A stretch of DNA of 56,097 nt, filler included, from Dugesia japonica (GCA_001938525.1; 5 parts of 5 records of this genome joined end to end with filler, not necessarily neighbours in it); one strand, 5' to 3'; shown: positions 11,256 through 24,915, numbered from the whole stretch's first letter. Numbers and translations are program-made. The notes: generated from the letters alone by a model not told the origin.

Positions 11256-11819
11256 ATGATTCTTGTAATATTAACATCTTTATAACCTGCATAGTATATT
11301 AAAATTCATGGTGGATAATCTCGTCTTTACTTCGGATCTCTGGGTACTGATGTCCATCGTGGCCGTTGCTGCCAGTCATCCGATCATATAATAAACATAC
11401 AAATTCAAATATTACTTGTCGTTTGTTGATAATAACTTTGCCGTAAAATAAAAGTATAAATGCTACTAGTATCTTTGAACAATAAGATAGCTAGAGCCAC
11501 AAATTTTATGAGGTTTACGAGAAAATTTATTATTTTTTTGTAATTTGTCTCTGCTTTTATACTAAAATATATCGTCATACTTGACAGGTGATGTAGGTGG
11601 TTACTTGAAATTTTTAGAGAATTCACTGAATCCTGCGGTGCTCACTCACAGATTCGTGTACGATGTATTAATTTAGACATTTATTTTTATTCATTTGTTA
11701 TCTCATATTTTTGTTGACAAATTCATTTTTACATATGAATACCGGTGCTCAATCGGCATCATATGCTGTAATAGATTTTTATGTTAATGTGTATACTGTG
11801 CGGTATTTACCCCACACGG

Positions 11820-11875
11820 ATTATTATTCATATTACTCATATTATTACTCATATTATTCATATTATTCATATTAC
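11820..11875. repeat. (tattattca)n 9-bp tandem repeat
   Basis: Directly visible; explains the YYS-rich ORF. Confidence 0.9.
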
Positions 11876-11985
11876 ATGGTGTTAAATTATGAAATTATTT
11901 TCTAAAATGAGGTTGAAAAATAAATATTTTTATTTTTAAGAAAAGACTTGTAATAATCTATAAACCATTTATGGAGACAATTTAT

Positions 11986-12175
11986 TGTCACGGTTAATAT
12001 CCCTATTTCCTATATTGCTTCCTTTACGCTTATGCATCTTTGTCTCTTCTTTTCAATTGTTCGTTTTTGTTCAAATGTTCATTTCATCGCCGCCCTGTTT
12101 CAGCCCAACAGTTTTATTAAATCTTCTATAATCATTTTTCTTGACGGATACAATTCGTGACGCCCAATGAGAAAA
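11986..12175 (-). mobile_element. Heavily deleted Gypsy remnant (RT N-terminal motif abutting PPT and ~100-bp LTR-like segment)
   Basis: SHWASRIVSVKKNDYRRFNKTV resembles WASPIVLVKK..DYRKLN, followed by cagggcggcga and TGAAATG...GTGACA. Confidence 0.45.
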
Positions 12176-15100
12176 AACAAAGAAATTACTAGTGTTTTTA
12201 ATACTGTTTCTATTAAGATAAAAATCGACCGACTTCTGGAAAAATATTTTAAACAAATCCATATGGTGTAAAAAACTTCAGTGAAAAATGCCTCCACTAA
12301 TAAAAGATGCTTTATTACAAAAAAGACTCAAATATCATAATTAATAATGAGGGCAACAAAAGCAGAGAACATCAAAGATATATAATAAATTTGTGCTAAA
12401 AGACGCAAAATCGAGTGTGAATNATTCTGTCTTGAGCAACAAAAAGAAGAAGTAAAGTGTTAAAGAGCTTTATGAAGTAGAAACTAAATATCATTTTAAG
12501 AAGCTTCGTCGGAAGCAAAGGATTTCCATTACAAAATAATGCTATATTTTTCTTAAGATAATATTTTTATTTTCTCAATGACATCATTGGCTCAATATAT
12601 GTTATTCGANCAAAAANTCACTGAGTGAAAAACAAAACCTCCCGGGAGTTTAATATTTTTATTTCTTTTTAAATATTTTTATGACCCAGTTGAAATATTT
12701 AACTCCGATGACTTTTTATCTAAGTTTTGCACTTGAAGACAATGTGTTCTACACCAAAATCTATACAGATTTTTACCATTAATTAACAATAATTTGGTTG
12801 AAAAAACAAAAACTCTTGATTTCCATCATGAGTTCTACAAAACGGACATTTTTTCAATAACACTAAAGTTTAGATAAATTTAAAAATGGCAAGAAAATCT
12901 GCCTGTAATTTATAGACTTCAATCTATCATTTTAATTTGGATGGTTTTAAATAGTAATCTTTTATATTCTACCTTGAATTTATGATCGTAATATATTTAA
13001 TAAATAATATATTTTTAAAATTAATCTTTATTAATTTTCTAATGCGTTTTCTCAGAATTATGAACAAATTTTTATTGATATTAAAACGAACATTTATTTT
13101 TATATTTAAAGTTTCTATTAAAATTTTAATTAAAGTAAAATTAATATGCAAAGTTGTCATGAGTAACAATAGACTATAATTAAATAGTTTTCAACATTTA
13201 CATTTTTTAAAGTTAAATTCAACTTCTTAATTAATAATAGGAAAAAATTAAATTAAGTGAATTAATAAAAGGATAAATCAAATTAAGCGAATTAATTACA
13301 AATAATATAATGATTACATTATTCCATTATAAAAATGACAATAACTTCAAATAAATTATTTTTATCTTTTCAAAATTCTCATAAATGAATAAAAAATTAT
13401 TTTAAAAGTTATTTCAATTTACATTAGCATTCCAAATATTGATAGGTAGTAAAAATTCAAAATTAAAATATTTGAAAACTTTCAAAAAGAAAATTTTTTT
13501 AATATACTTTAAGTTTTAATCAACGCATTTTTTAAATCGGTTGTTAAGTAAAATAATTAGAAATTATTTTTTTAATTTTTAATTAATATNNNNNNNNNNN
13601 NNNNNNNNNNNNNNNNNNNNNNNNNNNNNNNNNGTCTTAAATTTTTCGTTAATTTTTATGTTAGCATGTCAACTTCATCTTCAACAAATTTGCAATTATG
13701 GGTGAGATCTGAGCCTTTTACTTATGGAATTCTGCATGTTAATCCCCATCCGAGATTGCTTTCAATGCATGTAATTTTATTACTAAGAATGATTTACTAT
13801 AATAATTTTTGTTTACTTTAATTTAGAATATTAAAAAATTGGTTAGTTATGCTAAAGTAAAAGGTAAAGCTGGTTATCCGAAATTGAGGTAAATTAATGT
13901 AATAATATTTTTAATGATTATTTGAATTACTGAGTTTAGATTTAATTGTAAATCCTTATATTTTACCGAAAATTTAATTCGTAATAATTATTAAATCAGC
14001 AAAAATTGAATTTTTTAATGAACTTTAAATAATATACTAACATTAAAAAATAATTATAATTTTTGTCTTTCTAAAATCTAATTTATTTTTAATTTTAAAA
14101 TATTACTTAATCAAAAAATTGCAAAAATTCTCAAAAATAAGTTCAATCGTTTGTGTAAATTTGTTAGATTTTTTGACTGTTAAATCAAACTTGTCGTTGT
14201 TTCAACATATTTTTCTCAGGTTCTTATCGATTATGTATGATCTAATTTCAGTTTTTCGCAATTTTCTAGGTATCATGGATCCTTTACAATGTCTACTCTT
14301 GTGTACCGCAAGAGTAAAAATGTCATTAGAGTTACTCTTCAAAATTTAACAGTTTCCTTAAAACTTTATATAAAATAAAACGCACCTAAATTTTACTAAA
14401 TATTTTATTAAAGTTAAAAAAAGCTTTAATGAAAATGTTTTTTATATTTTTTTACTATTTCAAATTTTCGAATTTTGTTTATTGATTTTGTATTTATTCG
14501 AGATTTATTATTGTCATAGAAAATTTTTTGGAATTTATTTTATTTTTTCATTAAAATAAAGATAAAGCTTCGATCAAAATAAAATGTATTTGTAAAAACT
14601 TCTTGATTTATTCAACACAATGGATGTTTGTTACTCAATTCTTTAGATTTTATCGGATTTTTATTGGTTTATTTTNNNNNNNNNNNNNNNNNNNNNNNNN
14701 NNNNNNNNNNNNNNNNNNNNNNNNNNNNNNNNNNNNNNNNNNNNNNNNNNNNNNNNNNNNNNNNNNNNNNNNNNNNNNNNNNNNNNNNNNNNNNNNNNNN
14801 NNNNNNNNNNNNNNNNNNNNNNNNNNNNNNNNNNNNNNNNNNNNNNNNNNNNNNNNNNNNNNNNGATTTTTTATATAATAAATTTTGAATTTTTTTTCCA
14901 ATTATTATTTTACATTATAAATAAATTTTTTAAATTTCTTACAATTTCATTTTGTGTTTTTATTTATGTTATATAATATGTTATTTTAAAATGAATTTTT
15001 TATAAATTTTTTTTTAAAATTCATTTAACAAAGAATTATTTTTATATAAAATTAATTTTTTTAAATAAAAAACACATTTAAAAATTTTTTTTTTAAATTC

Positions 15101-15587
15101 TTACTAAGAAAACTTTTATATTTAATTAATATTATTCCGTTTTTTATATAAATATAGTTATTTTAAACATATTATTTATTTATCAATAATTAATTGAATT
15201 TTTATTGGTTACTTTATTTTACTCGATTAATGCCGTTGGAGAAATAGATGAATAGCAGTGTTCCTAGAAATATTGTAAAACACTAAAATATTTCAATGGA
15301 GATGAAATAAGCTTATACATATCGCTTCGTTTGTTTATATAGATGAGGTCATAATAGAAAAGTGCAGACGTTTTTATTTTTTACCTGTCCTCAAATGGGA
15401 ACTGCTGGGACTAATGAGTTAATTATTTTAAATTACATTGATTTTAGGTTTGTTTACTTTAATTAGTAATTCTTCATGTTTCTTCCTGTGAAATGTAGAA
15501 CGGTAGCTTGGTCCTAATGTTTTCCATGCTATATGATGTTCTGCTAAAATTCTACAATTGCAATTATTCCGAGACATATCGTTTTAT

Positions 15588-15768
15588 AGAATTCATTTAA
15601 TATAAAAGCTTTGATGAAAATTTTGGTTTTATTAATATTGGATAACAATTCGATATTTCGACTAAAAAGTCAATTCCTGACGAAGACAAGGTTGAAATAT
15701 CGAATTGTTATCCAATATCATTAATAAAACCAAAATTTTGATCAAAGCTTTTATATTAAATGAATTCT
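15588..15768. repeat. Inverted repeat (~76-bp arms) of a Penelope-like terminal repeat
   Basis: 15588-15663 is the reverse complement of ~15691-15768. The same unit recurs at 1-75, 47375-47460 and 53782-53848, with a related unit at 50370-50540. Confidence 0.85.
15671..15707 (+). ncRNA. Minimal type I hammerhead ribozyme motif (PLE-associated)
   Basis: CAATTC-CTGACGA-AGAC aag GTT-GAAA-TA-TC-GAATTG: perfect 6-bp stem I, CUGANGA and GAAA cores, and a UH site. Confidence 0.7.
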
Positions 15769-15769
15769 G

Positions 15770-16280
15770 CTGAAATGTTATGCTTGTGTTGAAACTGTTT
15801 GAAAACTTCCCTTTCTTTTTTGTTTGAAATGGTTCTGCATGTTTCTCCGATAACTACTGTATCCTTACATAAGGTGCATGTTATTTTATAAGTGATATTT
15901 TTCTTATTGCATATATTTCTACCATCACAAATGCATTTGGGACCACAAACGTTTTGTCTTGGTTTGCGTTTTGAATATAACTCTTGGATTATGTTTTAGT
16001 TTCGATTTTTTTATTATATTTTATTATACATTTCTCATTAATAAAAGCTAATTTGGTTTGTTTATTGCTATATTTTATTAAATCTTGTATTCGAGGATAA
16101 ATTACATTTTGATAATTTTATTTGAAAAACCGTTATTTAGGAATTTTTTTTATCAATTTGAGAGAAATCAATTTCATTTCTTCATTTGAAAATAGTCTCT
16201 CAGCTCTAATTCTTTCACCCTTAATAATACCAATTTTCTGATAGTAGTATTACTACTTTAAGGTAATATATGTCTAATGT
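15770..16280 (-). mobile_element. Penelope-like retroelement fragment (RT thumb, linker, GIY-YIG endonuclease start)
   Basis: GIIKGERIRAERLFSNEEMKLISL..FLNNGFS, then CICDGRNICNKKNITYKITCTLCKDTVVIGETCRTI (GIY-YIG-like). Confidence 0.85.
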
Positions 16281-16339
16281 TAAATAATTTAATATTTCAA
16301 TAAAAACAATTTAAATATTTTAATTAACATGAAACTATA

Positions 16340-16930
16340 CGGATAATAAAAATATCAATTAATTTCATGGTGTCATTCAATTTATCCAGTTAATTGTAGT
16401 ACACTTTCGAATATATTGTGGAATTTTTTGATAGGAGCTCGAAATAAATAATTCCATTATAATCTCACGAGACACTGAACATCACTTTTTTGATGAATAT
16501 TGGCTTGGCAAGTGCTTTGGCATGACTCATCTTTTTTAAACCATGATCGCTTGCGTTTCACATTGTTGTGAACAATCAATTTTCGTCACTAGTTATGAGT
16601 CGCTTCAAAAATGGATCATTTACGTGACGATTCAGAATCAAATAACAGATGTCAATTCTGGTTCTTTAATGAAACAAAACCTAGCCGTTTCACGTGGCCA
16701 TAAACCGTTTAATTCCGCAAATTTAATATTATAGTAATATCTCCTGTCGTAATTTGGCAGTTTGCTTCAANCAATGCCTTTATTTTCTCTTCATTAACTT
16801 CAATGGATTTTTAACATCGAAATTACCGGAACAAATTTTTTTGAACCAGTTTTGGCATTGGCATTTGGTCAGAATATATTTTCCATAGACGTCACAAATT
16901 CTTTCTAGATTGAATCACATTTTTACTTTA
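16340..16930 (-). mobile_element. mariner transposase remnant
   Basis: FLKRLITSDEN (RIVTGDEKW-like) and KKVMFSV..DYNGIIYFELL..NSTIYSKVY. Confidence 0.75.
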
Positions 16931-17664
16931 TCTGTAATAAAACAAAATTCAACTTTTCAACATTTCAAATATGCCATTTAAATGAATACTTGATATTTNA
17001 AACGATATTATTTAATGCAATAAAATAGAAAGAAAATATACACTTGAAAAGAACGAAATTACTTTCTGAACCACCCAAAAGAAGAAATGAAAATTAATTT
17101 GTAATTATAAAATATTTATAAAAAATAAAATTTAATATTGCGATAATTTAAATTTCCATATTGTGAGATATGACTAAGAATTATATAATATTTCTATATT
17201 AACCTTTGTATATTTGAAAGAGTAATATGTATTTAAGAATAGGTGAATGCATGGTTGAATGTATGAGTGTGTGTATAATTTGAAGTGCTGAAACATTATT
17301 ACATAACGGATTCCTCAAAAGCTATATATATTTGTTACATTGTCATTTATGTTATAATAAATATAAATGGGGGTTATCAGCGTGTATTGTTTAGGATTTA
17401 CATTTTAATTTATAATGCAAACCATATTTTATTTTCATTTTCAAAATTTTAATAGAGTTTATAATTTAGTTACCCTATATGGAAACATATTGCTTGCAAT
17501 AAACTCCAACTGACAGAGACTTTGGCATGGACGTATGTTTTATAATTATTGAAACTAATTTTTAATTATTTTTATTGAAATGTTTGTACGTAATAACTCA
17601 TATTAGTAATGTAATAAAAAAATAAAATAGATAAATTAAAAGCAAATTTATTTAAAATATTTAT

Positions 17665-19623
17665 AGTTATGGAAATTCTAAATAACGTTGTTTAAANNNT
17701 ATGAATTAACGTTATAATTTTATATTTAATAAATATTCTGATTACTTAGTTTGTTATTGAAATATGATAGAGGATTAGGATATTGTAACTGGCGACCACG
17801 CCAGAACTGTAAATGCGGTGACAAGGCAACAGCATCAACGTAAAACAATTTTAGATGCGTTACCAAAGAAAGCGCAAGAACTAATAAATTTAACGTCAGA
17901 AAATATGTAGGAAAAGGTGCAGAAGAAACTTCGAAATGGTTTAAGGATATCGAGGAGTGGACTATCGTTAACGATTTCAATTTGTTGGATATCTTTGATC
18001 TCCTATTTTCAGAAGAAGCAGGAATTCTTTGGAAAGATTTTAAAAAGATTGAGATCACAACAGAGGAAGCCAAAAGATAGTTGACAGACACATTTATGAT
18101 AAAAAAAAATCGTTTTCAGAGCTGATTCTGGAATTAGCAATGGCAAAACAAGAGACTGAAGAAAGATTCGCAACATTCGAAATCAGAATAAGAAATCTGA
18201 TAGATAATGTCATGAATTCGAGACTAAGTAAAGATGAAATAATTAATGACGTACTCTCAAAGAAGGTGAAAAATACGAAGTTGAGAGAAACATTGAGANN
18301 NNNNNNNNNNNNNNNNNNNNNNNNNNNNNNNNNNNNNNNNNNNNNNNNNNNNNNNNNNNNNNNNNNNNNNNNNNNNNNNNNNNNNNNNNNNNNNNNNNNN
18401 NNNNNNNNNNNNNNNNNNNNNNNNNNNNNNNNNNNNNNNNNNNNNNNNNNNNNNNNNNNNNNNNNNNNNNNNNNNNNNTGTTAGTGGTTCCGACAAGCAT
18501 AGTTGATAAAGTGATAACAGAAATTCATGAAGATTTATGTCATGTGGGAAGGTAAAAGTTATTTTCATATGTACAAGATGGTTATTTCTGGCCAGGGATG
18601 TGTGAGACAATTAATGAAAGTATTAATAAATGCGAGATGTGTGCCAAAAGGAAAGTAGTACAAAGTCGTACAAAAGAAAAACTTATACCATGGAAAAGCC
18701 AAAATTTTTATAATAAATCGTAGTGGACATAGCTCATATGGAACAGAGCAAGTCTGGAAAGAAATATATGGTGATGATTATTGATAGTTTAGACAAACTA
18801 GCCAGCTTATCTACAATTTCAAAGATGGATGAAGAGTCGATTTTTATGATAATTTTGAACAAATGGATATACCGTTTTGGTAAACCAAAATCAATTCTGA
18901 CTGACAGAGGTAAAGTGTTTGAAAGTCAAGTGATGGCAAAGAAACTAGGAAAATTTAGAATTGTACAGGAATTTAGTTCCCCGTATCAACACTAATGTAA
19001 TGGTTTGATAGGACGGATGATCCGAACAGTGAGGGACATGATTACGATATCAATAAAAGGGAAATGTAATCAGAAAGATTGGGAGACATTATTACCGAGT
19101 GTCGAATTTAGTATTAATGCTACAATACAAGAGTCAAAAAAATTCTCTCCTTTCGAAATCGTATTTGGTCGAAAGATAAATCTGCATACCAAAGAGGAAA
19201 CTCTCTTAAAAGGAAGGATAGACAGAGAAGAGATAATGCAACAGAATTTGGAGAAGACGGCGCAGAAAAAAAAATTTTGAGAAAGATAAGCGAGGACAAA
19301 TATACTTTAAAGAAGGAGAGTGGTATTAGTCTGAGTAGAACCCCATAAACAAAAGAAAAACTGTTTGCTGAATGATGGGCCATACCAGATTGTGAGGTTT
19401 TTATCAGCATATCAAGTAGAAATCAAGTTTCCAAATAGTTTCAAAACCAGAAGAATAGAACGGCTGAAAAGATGGAAAACGTTTTGAAGATGGGAAGAGT
19501 TATGGAAATTCTAAATAACGTTGTTTAAATAATATGAATTAACGTTATAATTTTATATTTAATTAATATTCTGATTACTTAGTTTGTTATTGAAATATGA
19601 TAGAGGATAAGGATATTGTAACT
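17665..19623 (+). mobile_element. Compact Gypsy-type LTR element with both LTRs, PBS, PPT and 5-bp TSD
   Basis: Near-identical 126-bp LTRs at 17665-17790 and 19498-19623 with AGTTA...TAACT ends; TSD tttat on both sides; PBS tggcgaccacg; PPT gaagatgggaag. Encodes a gag-like region and an integrase (HEDLCHVG..CEMC, ILTDRGKVFES, SPFEIVFGRK). An N gap separates gag and integrase. Confidence 0.93.
17790..17800 (+). promoter_or_regulatory. Primer-binding site, probably complementary to a tRNA-Arg 3' end
   Basis: TGGCGACCACG immediately after the 5' LTR is complementary to ...CGUGGUCGCCA. The tRNA identity is from memory and was not searched. Confidence 0.65.
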
Positions 19624-21589
19624 TTTATAAATCTCAATTTTAATCTATAGATTAGCACTAATTTAAATTTGTTTCTGTATTTATTAAAAGTTAATTGATG
19701 TAATTCTTTATGATACACCTAGCAAAATTATATCGATTTGGGACTTTAACATCAGGAAATACACACCACTAAAGGAAGAAATCATGCTAAACTTTCCTAG
19801 TAGGACTGTCTACCTTGAGACGATCTCAGTTGGGTGTCCGGGATCGTGGTGAATTGAAAATGAATCATTCCTGCATTATTTTGGTCTCAAGGTCAAAGTC
19901 ATAAGAAAATTTGCACTTGTAATAATTAGAAATTGTTTTGCCTGGTCTACCAAGAACTGGCGATTTCCTAGTAGACAAGCTAATTGTGCTGACTTTGATA
20001 TTTATGCTATTAAACATATCAACGATAGTAACCCCATTATGGATAATTGAATGTAAAAATTTTCTGATCCCCTATCTTTTTAATAGCTTCTCTTTTTGTA
20101 AAGTTTTGCGGAAGATTTTCTGGCTCGTAAGGCAGTCGTTGGTCATCTTTGTGCTCTTTGCGTGTAGTTCGAAATTATGAATTCAAAACATTCAGTTTTG
20201 TAGTGGAAATTATACTGAATACTTATTTTATTTTCTAAGTAATAATTTATACATTTTCTTTAATTTTTAATTTGCTTTCCACTATATTATAAAATCAAAA
20301 TTTAGATTTTAATTCACCGATGTCAGCCTTGAAGATTGTTAACGATTGTAATTATTATCTTACACTAACAAATGTGAGAATTTAGTAAATGAAATGTCAT
20401 AGATCGCACTTATTCGACTTTTATAATAAATATATTCTACAAACTTCATGTTATAATAAAAGACATAATACTCTTATTTATTTTTCAAATCATTTGGCGC
20501 TCGCCACTATTTTTTGCAATCTCGAATATGTCAGCGCCACCAAACGTTTGAGAATTTCTGGGTTAATCAATTAATTGTTTAGTAGATCAATGTATTCTTA
20601 TTTTTCTGTTATATTCTCCAATCAATTTGAAGATGAATTTTTCATGNNNNNNNNNNNNNNNNNNNNNNNNNNNNNNNNNNNNNNAATAAGAAAATCAATC
20701 TTGAAAATCTTCTGAAATAATTTTTCTATTAAAAATTTTTCTATTAAAATTTGTCAAAAATTCCATTAATTACAATTTAAGATCCTCAATATCGCATGCT
20801 TTACAAAATTGTACGTATATTTTAATGTCATCGTCCTCTATTTTATTTATATATATAAATTTAAATTTTTAATATTATTTTCATATATGTTACTTATTTT
20901 TAAAAAGTAGTAAAAACAATGAAATAATCTTTATGATGTCTGACGTTTTTGTTATTAAATGTTTCGCAATCGATCTTTGAGTGAAGTCAAACTAGTTCAA
21001 TAACCTACTGATACAAATAGTACTTGTTGGAAAGTTCCGTGATAAGTTTTAAATATGATGTCATTCATTTTGTGGGAAAACAATATTATTTGTCAAGTAA
21101 TTAAATATTAACTGTTAGAAGCTAGTCTCTATTAAGCCAATATTCAAAAAAGTTGCTAATTGAAAATTATAAAAATATCAATTAACATAATTCCATAATT
21201 ATCACAAATAGTCACGATAAACATTTAGGATTTAAATTGCGTAAATTATGATTGAATAAAAATTTAGAAAACAAATAAATATTCTACAATTAACAACATA
21301 CATGTAAATCATTAATGTTTTAATTAGGGATATTTCCAAAATGCCACACAAAAACTTTNNNNNNNNNNNNNNNNNNNNNNNNNNNNNNNNNNNNNNNNNN
21401 NNTTAATTAATTAANNNNNNNNNNNNNNNNNNNNNNNNNNNNNNNNNNNNNNNNNNNNCAATATTAAATTCACACAATAAGATTGATAGTGCATAACAAA
21501 AAGTTGACTGCAAGAGAGTGAGGAACCTTCAATCTTGATTGATATCATATTAAAACGATACAAAAAATACACAATATAAATATTTCAAA

Positions 21590-21659
21590 CCCCATTTTGG
21601 TGCCCCCTAGTCTGGCGCCGGGGACACTTGTCCCTCCTGGCCCCTAGCTACGCCTCTGC
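21590..21659. mobile_element. hAT-type element end fragment
   Basis: GC-rich subterminal ...gcccctagctacgcctctg, typical of hAT (Tip100-like) ends. Confidence 0.45.
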
Positions 21660-21889
21660 AAAAATTAAAGCCATTTATTGTTTATCTGAATTTTAAAATG
21701 ATGACGAAATAAAATGTGTTCAAATAAAATGATTACACACATGTTTTTTAATGAATTTGATGCGATTAAACAAACATAAAATTAATATTGACTATGTCAT
21801 AAGTTTTGTCATACTAAAGGAAATTTTGGCGAAAAAGATGGTAGTGTTGAACTTGTCATAAATAATGACATATAAGTCATGTTCATTCA

Positions 21890-24800
21890 GTTAAGAAACC
21901 AAACAAAATNTTTGATTGTATAAAGGTGGGCCACGTTAGAAGGTTATGTCAAGAATTTAAGTGTAGACGGTGTGAAAATGGTGGTCATAGAGCAGACGAA
22001 TGCTACATAAAACGTAAAAATGAAAAGAAGAAAGGATAAATTGAAGACTGCTGGAGAGCCAGACAGCCGATATAAATGGAACATTTGTTACTAAAGTGTT
22101 CAGATAAAAAGATTACGATGAAAAATGTAAATTGATGAAGTTTGCAAAAAAATTAATTTTTAGTGGCAGGGAAAGTGATTCAAACGATGTACATGTACCA
22201 TTCGACATTATATTATTGCTACACTTCAAAAAATAGATTCATCACAATGGGCACACATATTACCGACACACAATTAAAGTTAAAATTTCAAATGCCCTAA
22301 ACAGTCTTTTAAATTGTCAGCTTGCACTGAGATAAAATAGTACTGTTTCAATCCATTGGCAAAAACCCTTTCTCTTCCTTCTTTATCGGTATGTGACAAT
22401 ATTAATCCACTTGTATCGAAACATACATAAGTATCTAATGTAAATTCTCTGTTTGTGTCTGGAAAACACAATATTGGTGCAGTTATTAGAGTTTTCTTCA
22501 GACCCTCAATAGTATTGTTTATTTCATCTGTCCATTCTAATTTTTTATTGCTTGAACTGCTACACAACTGTTCAAAAATATCCTTGATTTTCTTGCGTAG
22601 TTTCCAAATAAACTTCCTGTAATAATTACAAATTTCCAACAAACTTCGTAACTTCTTCACACAGTTAGGTTTGCCTAATGTTCTTATTGCTTCTCTTTTA
22701 GACGGATCAGTTCTAACACCATCCCTACTAATTATATTTCCAAAAAAATTTTATTTTGCTTTGAAGAAACTGACACTTTTCGAGATCAATTCTTAAAAAA
22801 TTCATCATTATTTCCATCTATACTCTGTCGATTACTCCATCAATCCAAGCCTTCCCAATGCCTTATGTCGATGAAATGCTGGACAAGTTAGATCGAGCCA
22901 AATATTTCAGTTAAATAGATTTCGGAAACGTATATTATCATGTAGAGCTCGAAGAAGAATCTCAAGAAAAAACAGTGNNNNNNNNNNNNNNNNNNNNNNN
23001 NNNNNNNNNNNNNNNNNNNNNNNNNNNNNNNNNNNNNNNNNNNNNNNNNNNNNNNNNNNNNNNNNNNNNNNNNNNNNNNNNNNNNNNNNNNNNNNNNNNN
23101 NNNNNNNNNNNNNNNNNNNNNNNNNNNNNNNNNNNNNNNNNNNNNNNNNNNNNNNNNNNNNNNNNNNNNNNNNNNNNNNNNNNNNNNNNNNNNNNNNNNN
23201 NNNNNNNNNTTCTTCAAAGCGAAATTTGGAAACTACGCAAAAAAATCAAGGATCTTAGAGTAGTTGTGTAGTGGACCAAGCAACAAAAAATAAGAATGAA
23301 CAGATAAAATAAACGAAACTATTGAGGGTCTGAAGAAGTCTTTAATGATTGCACCAATATTGTGTTTTCGAGACATAAAAAAAGACTTTATATTAGATAC
23401 AGATGCTAGTTTTGATACGATTAGAGCAGTATTGTCATTGAGAGATAAAGAAGGAACAGAAAGATTGGTTGCCTATGGATCACACTCAATTACGAGTCAT
23501 GAAAAGGGATATTGCATTACACGAAAGGAGTTATATGCTGTTTATTATATCTGTATGCATTTCAAACACTACTTATAAAGTAGAAGATTTACTCTGAGAA
23601 CAGATCATAAAGATCTAACTTTCAGGATGATGACAAAGAAAACAATTACGTCGCAATTACAGACATGGATTAGTTATCTGAGCAGTTTAAACATGGTTTG
23701 GAATATAGAAAAGAAATTCAACATAGTAATGAAAGATATGTTATCTAAACCAAGATGTGAGGTATGTGTACAGTGTAAAATGTCGCATGAAGATGCCAAG
23801 AAAGGGAAGATTAAAACGAGAATACTGAACATAATTGAAAAGGTAAAAGAAGATCATTTAAACATTTCNGAGGAAACAGATTTGATCAAGAAAATAAATG
23901 AGACAAAANACAAGACTATGACATAATACATAAATTATTATGTCATGCAGGAGTTGAAAGAGTGTACGAATATATGAGAAACAAATATATTGCGAAGAAT
24001 TTGTGGAGCCTAATACAGAAATTTGTCAGAAGACCAAAGTACTGACAACAGCAACTAAAGAAAAGACAAAGAGTTAAGAAAGTACCAATTTAATTGAAGT
24101 GATATTCACAGATATATGCGGGCCAATGCGGAAACAAGTGGATGGAAAAAATACATTCTTGGGATAATCGACCAGTACAGTAAATATCTTGTTCTTATAC
24201 CATTGCCTAGACAAAACGAGGAAACAATACGAATAGCTATTTTTGAAAATTGAACATTGAGATTTGGATGTCCAAGAGAAATAAGACTCGATTGTGGAAA
24301 AGCTTTTGAATCCAGAGTTATGAGACAGTTTGCACTGAAGTTAGATATTAAACTTTGCTTTTCGAGTCCCTATCATCATAGTGCAAATAAAAAAATTGAG
24401 AGACAGTTCAGGAAAATTCGAGATTTGATAAATGCAACACTTCAGGAAAGAAAGACAACAGATTGGGTAGATCTTTTACCGGAAATAGAATTTACAATTA
24501 ATGCAACAAAGCAAAAGACGACTGGAAATAGTCCGGCTGAGATCGTTTTTGGAAAGAAAATTAGCAGAGAAAAGTGGTACGAGTCAAACGTTTCAGATAG
24601 AACTAAAGAAAACATTTCAGACGTGAAAGAGAATTCAAAGTGGGCGATTTTGTTCTCCTCAAGGTAGAAACAAGAAATAAAAGTCAAGACATTTGAAGGA
24701 CCTTATCGAGTAATTGAGAAGTCATGAAAGGCAGTATGAGGTACAATGAGAAAATGGAAAGCGATTAGAAAGAAATGTGGAAAACTTAGAAAGTTTCTAA

Positions 24801-24915
24801 AGAAGGGGGATATGAAGAAATAATTATTATTTAATTATTTCATCCATTAGAAATCGAGTTTACTGAATATTAATATTGAAATTATTGTAATCATTTATAT
24901 TTATTTTATCAAACA
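21890..24915 (+). mobile_element. Decayed Gypsy element (gag CCHC knuckles, RT, RNase H, integrase, PPT, short LTR)
   Basis: CIKVGHVRRLC and CRRCENGGHRADEC zinc knuckles at ~21910-22010; FPMPYVDEMLDKL RT at 22860-22977; FILDTDASFDTI RNase H; IRLDCGKAFES and SPAEIVFGKK integrase; PPT aaagaaggggga ending at 24810. Confidence 0.88.
22330..22780 (-). mobile_element. Inverted Gypsy RT-connection/RNase H fragment inside the plus-strand element
   Basis: KKLRSLLEICNYYRKFI...APILCFPDTNREFTLDT, homologous to 23225-23480 in opposite orientation. Confidence 0.85.

Noticed and set aside
13664-14350. Exon-like higher-GC islands with AG/GT borders
   Set aside because: I could not assemble a stop-free spliced frame or recognise a product.
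14603-14901. ORFs spanning N runs (also 18243-18610, 22888-23271, 31782-32127, 40237-40623)
   Set aside because: Open only because Ns contain no stop codons.
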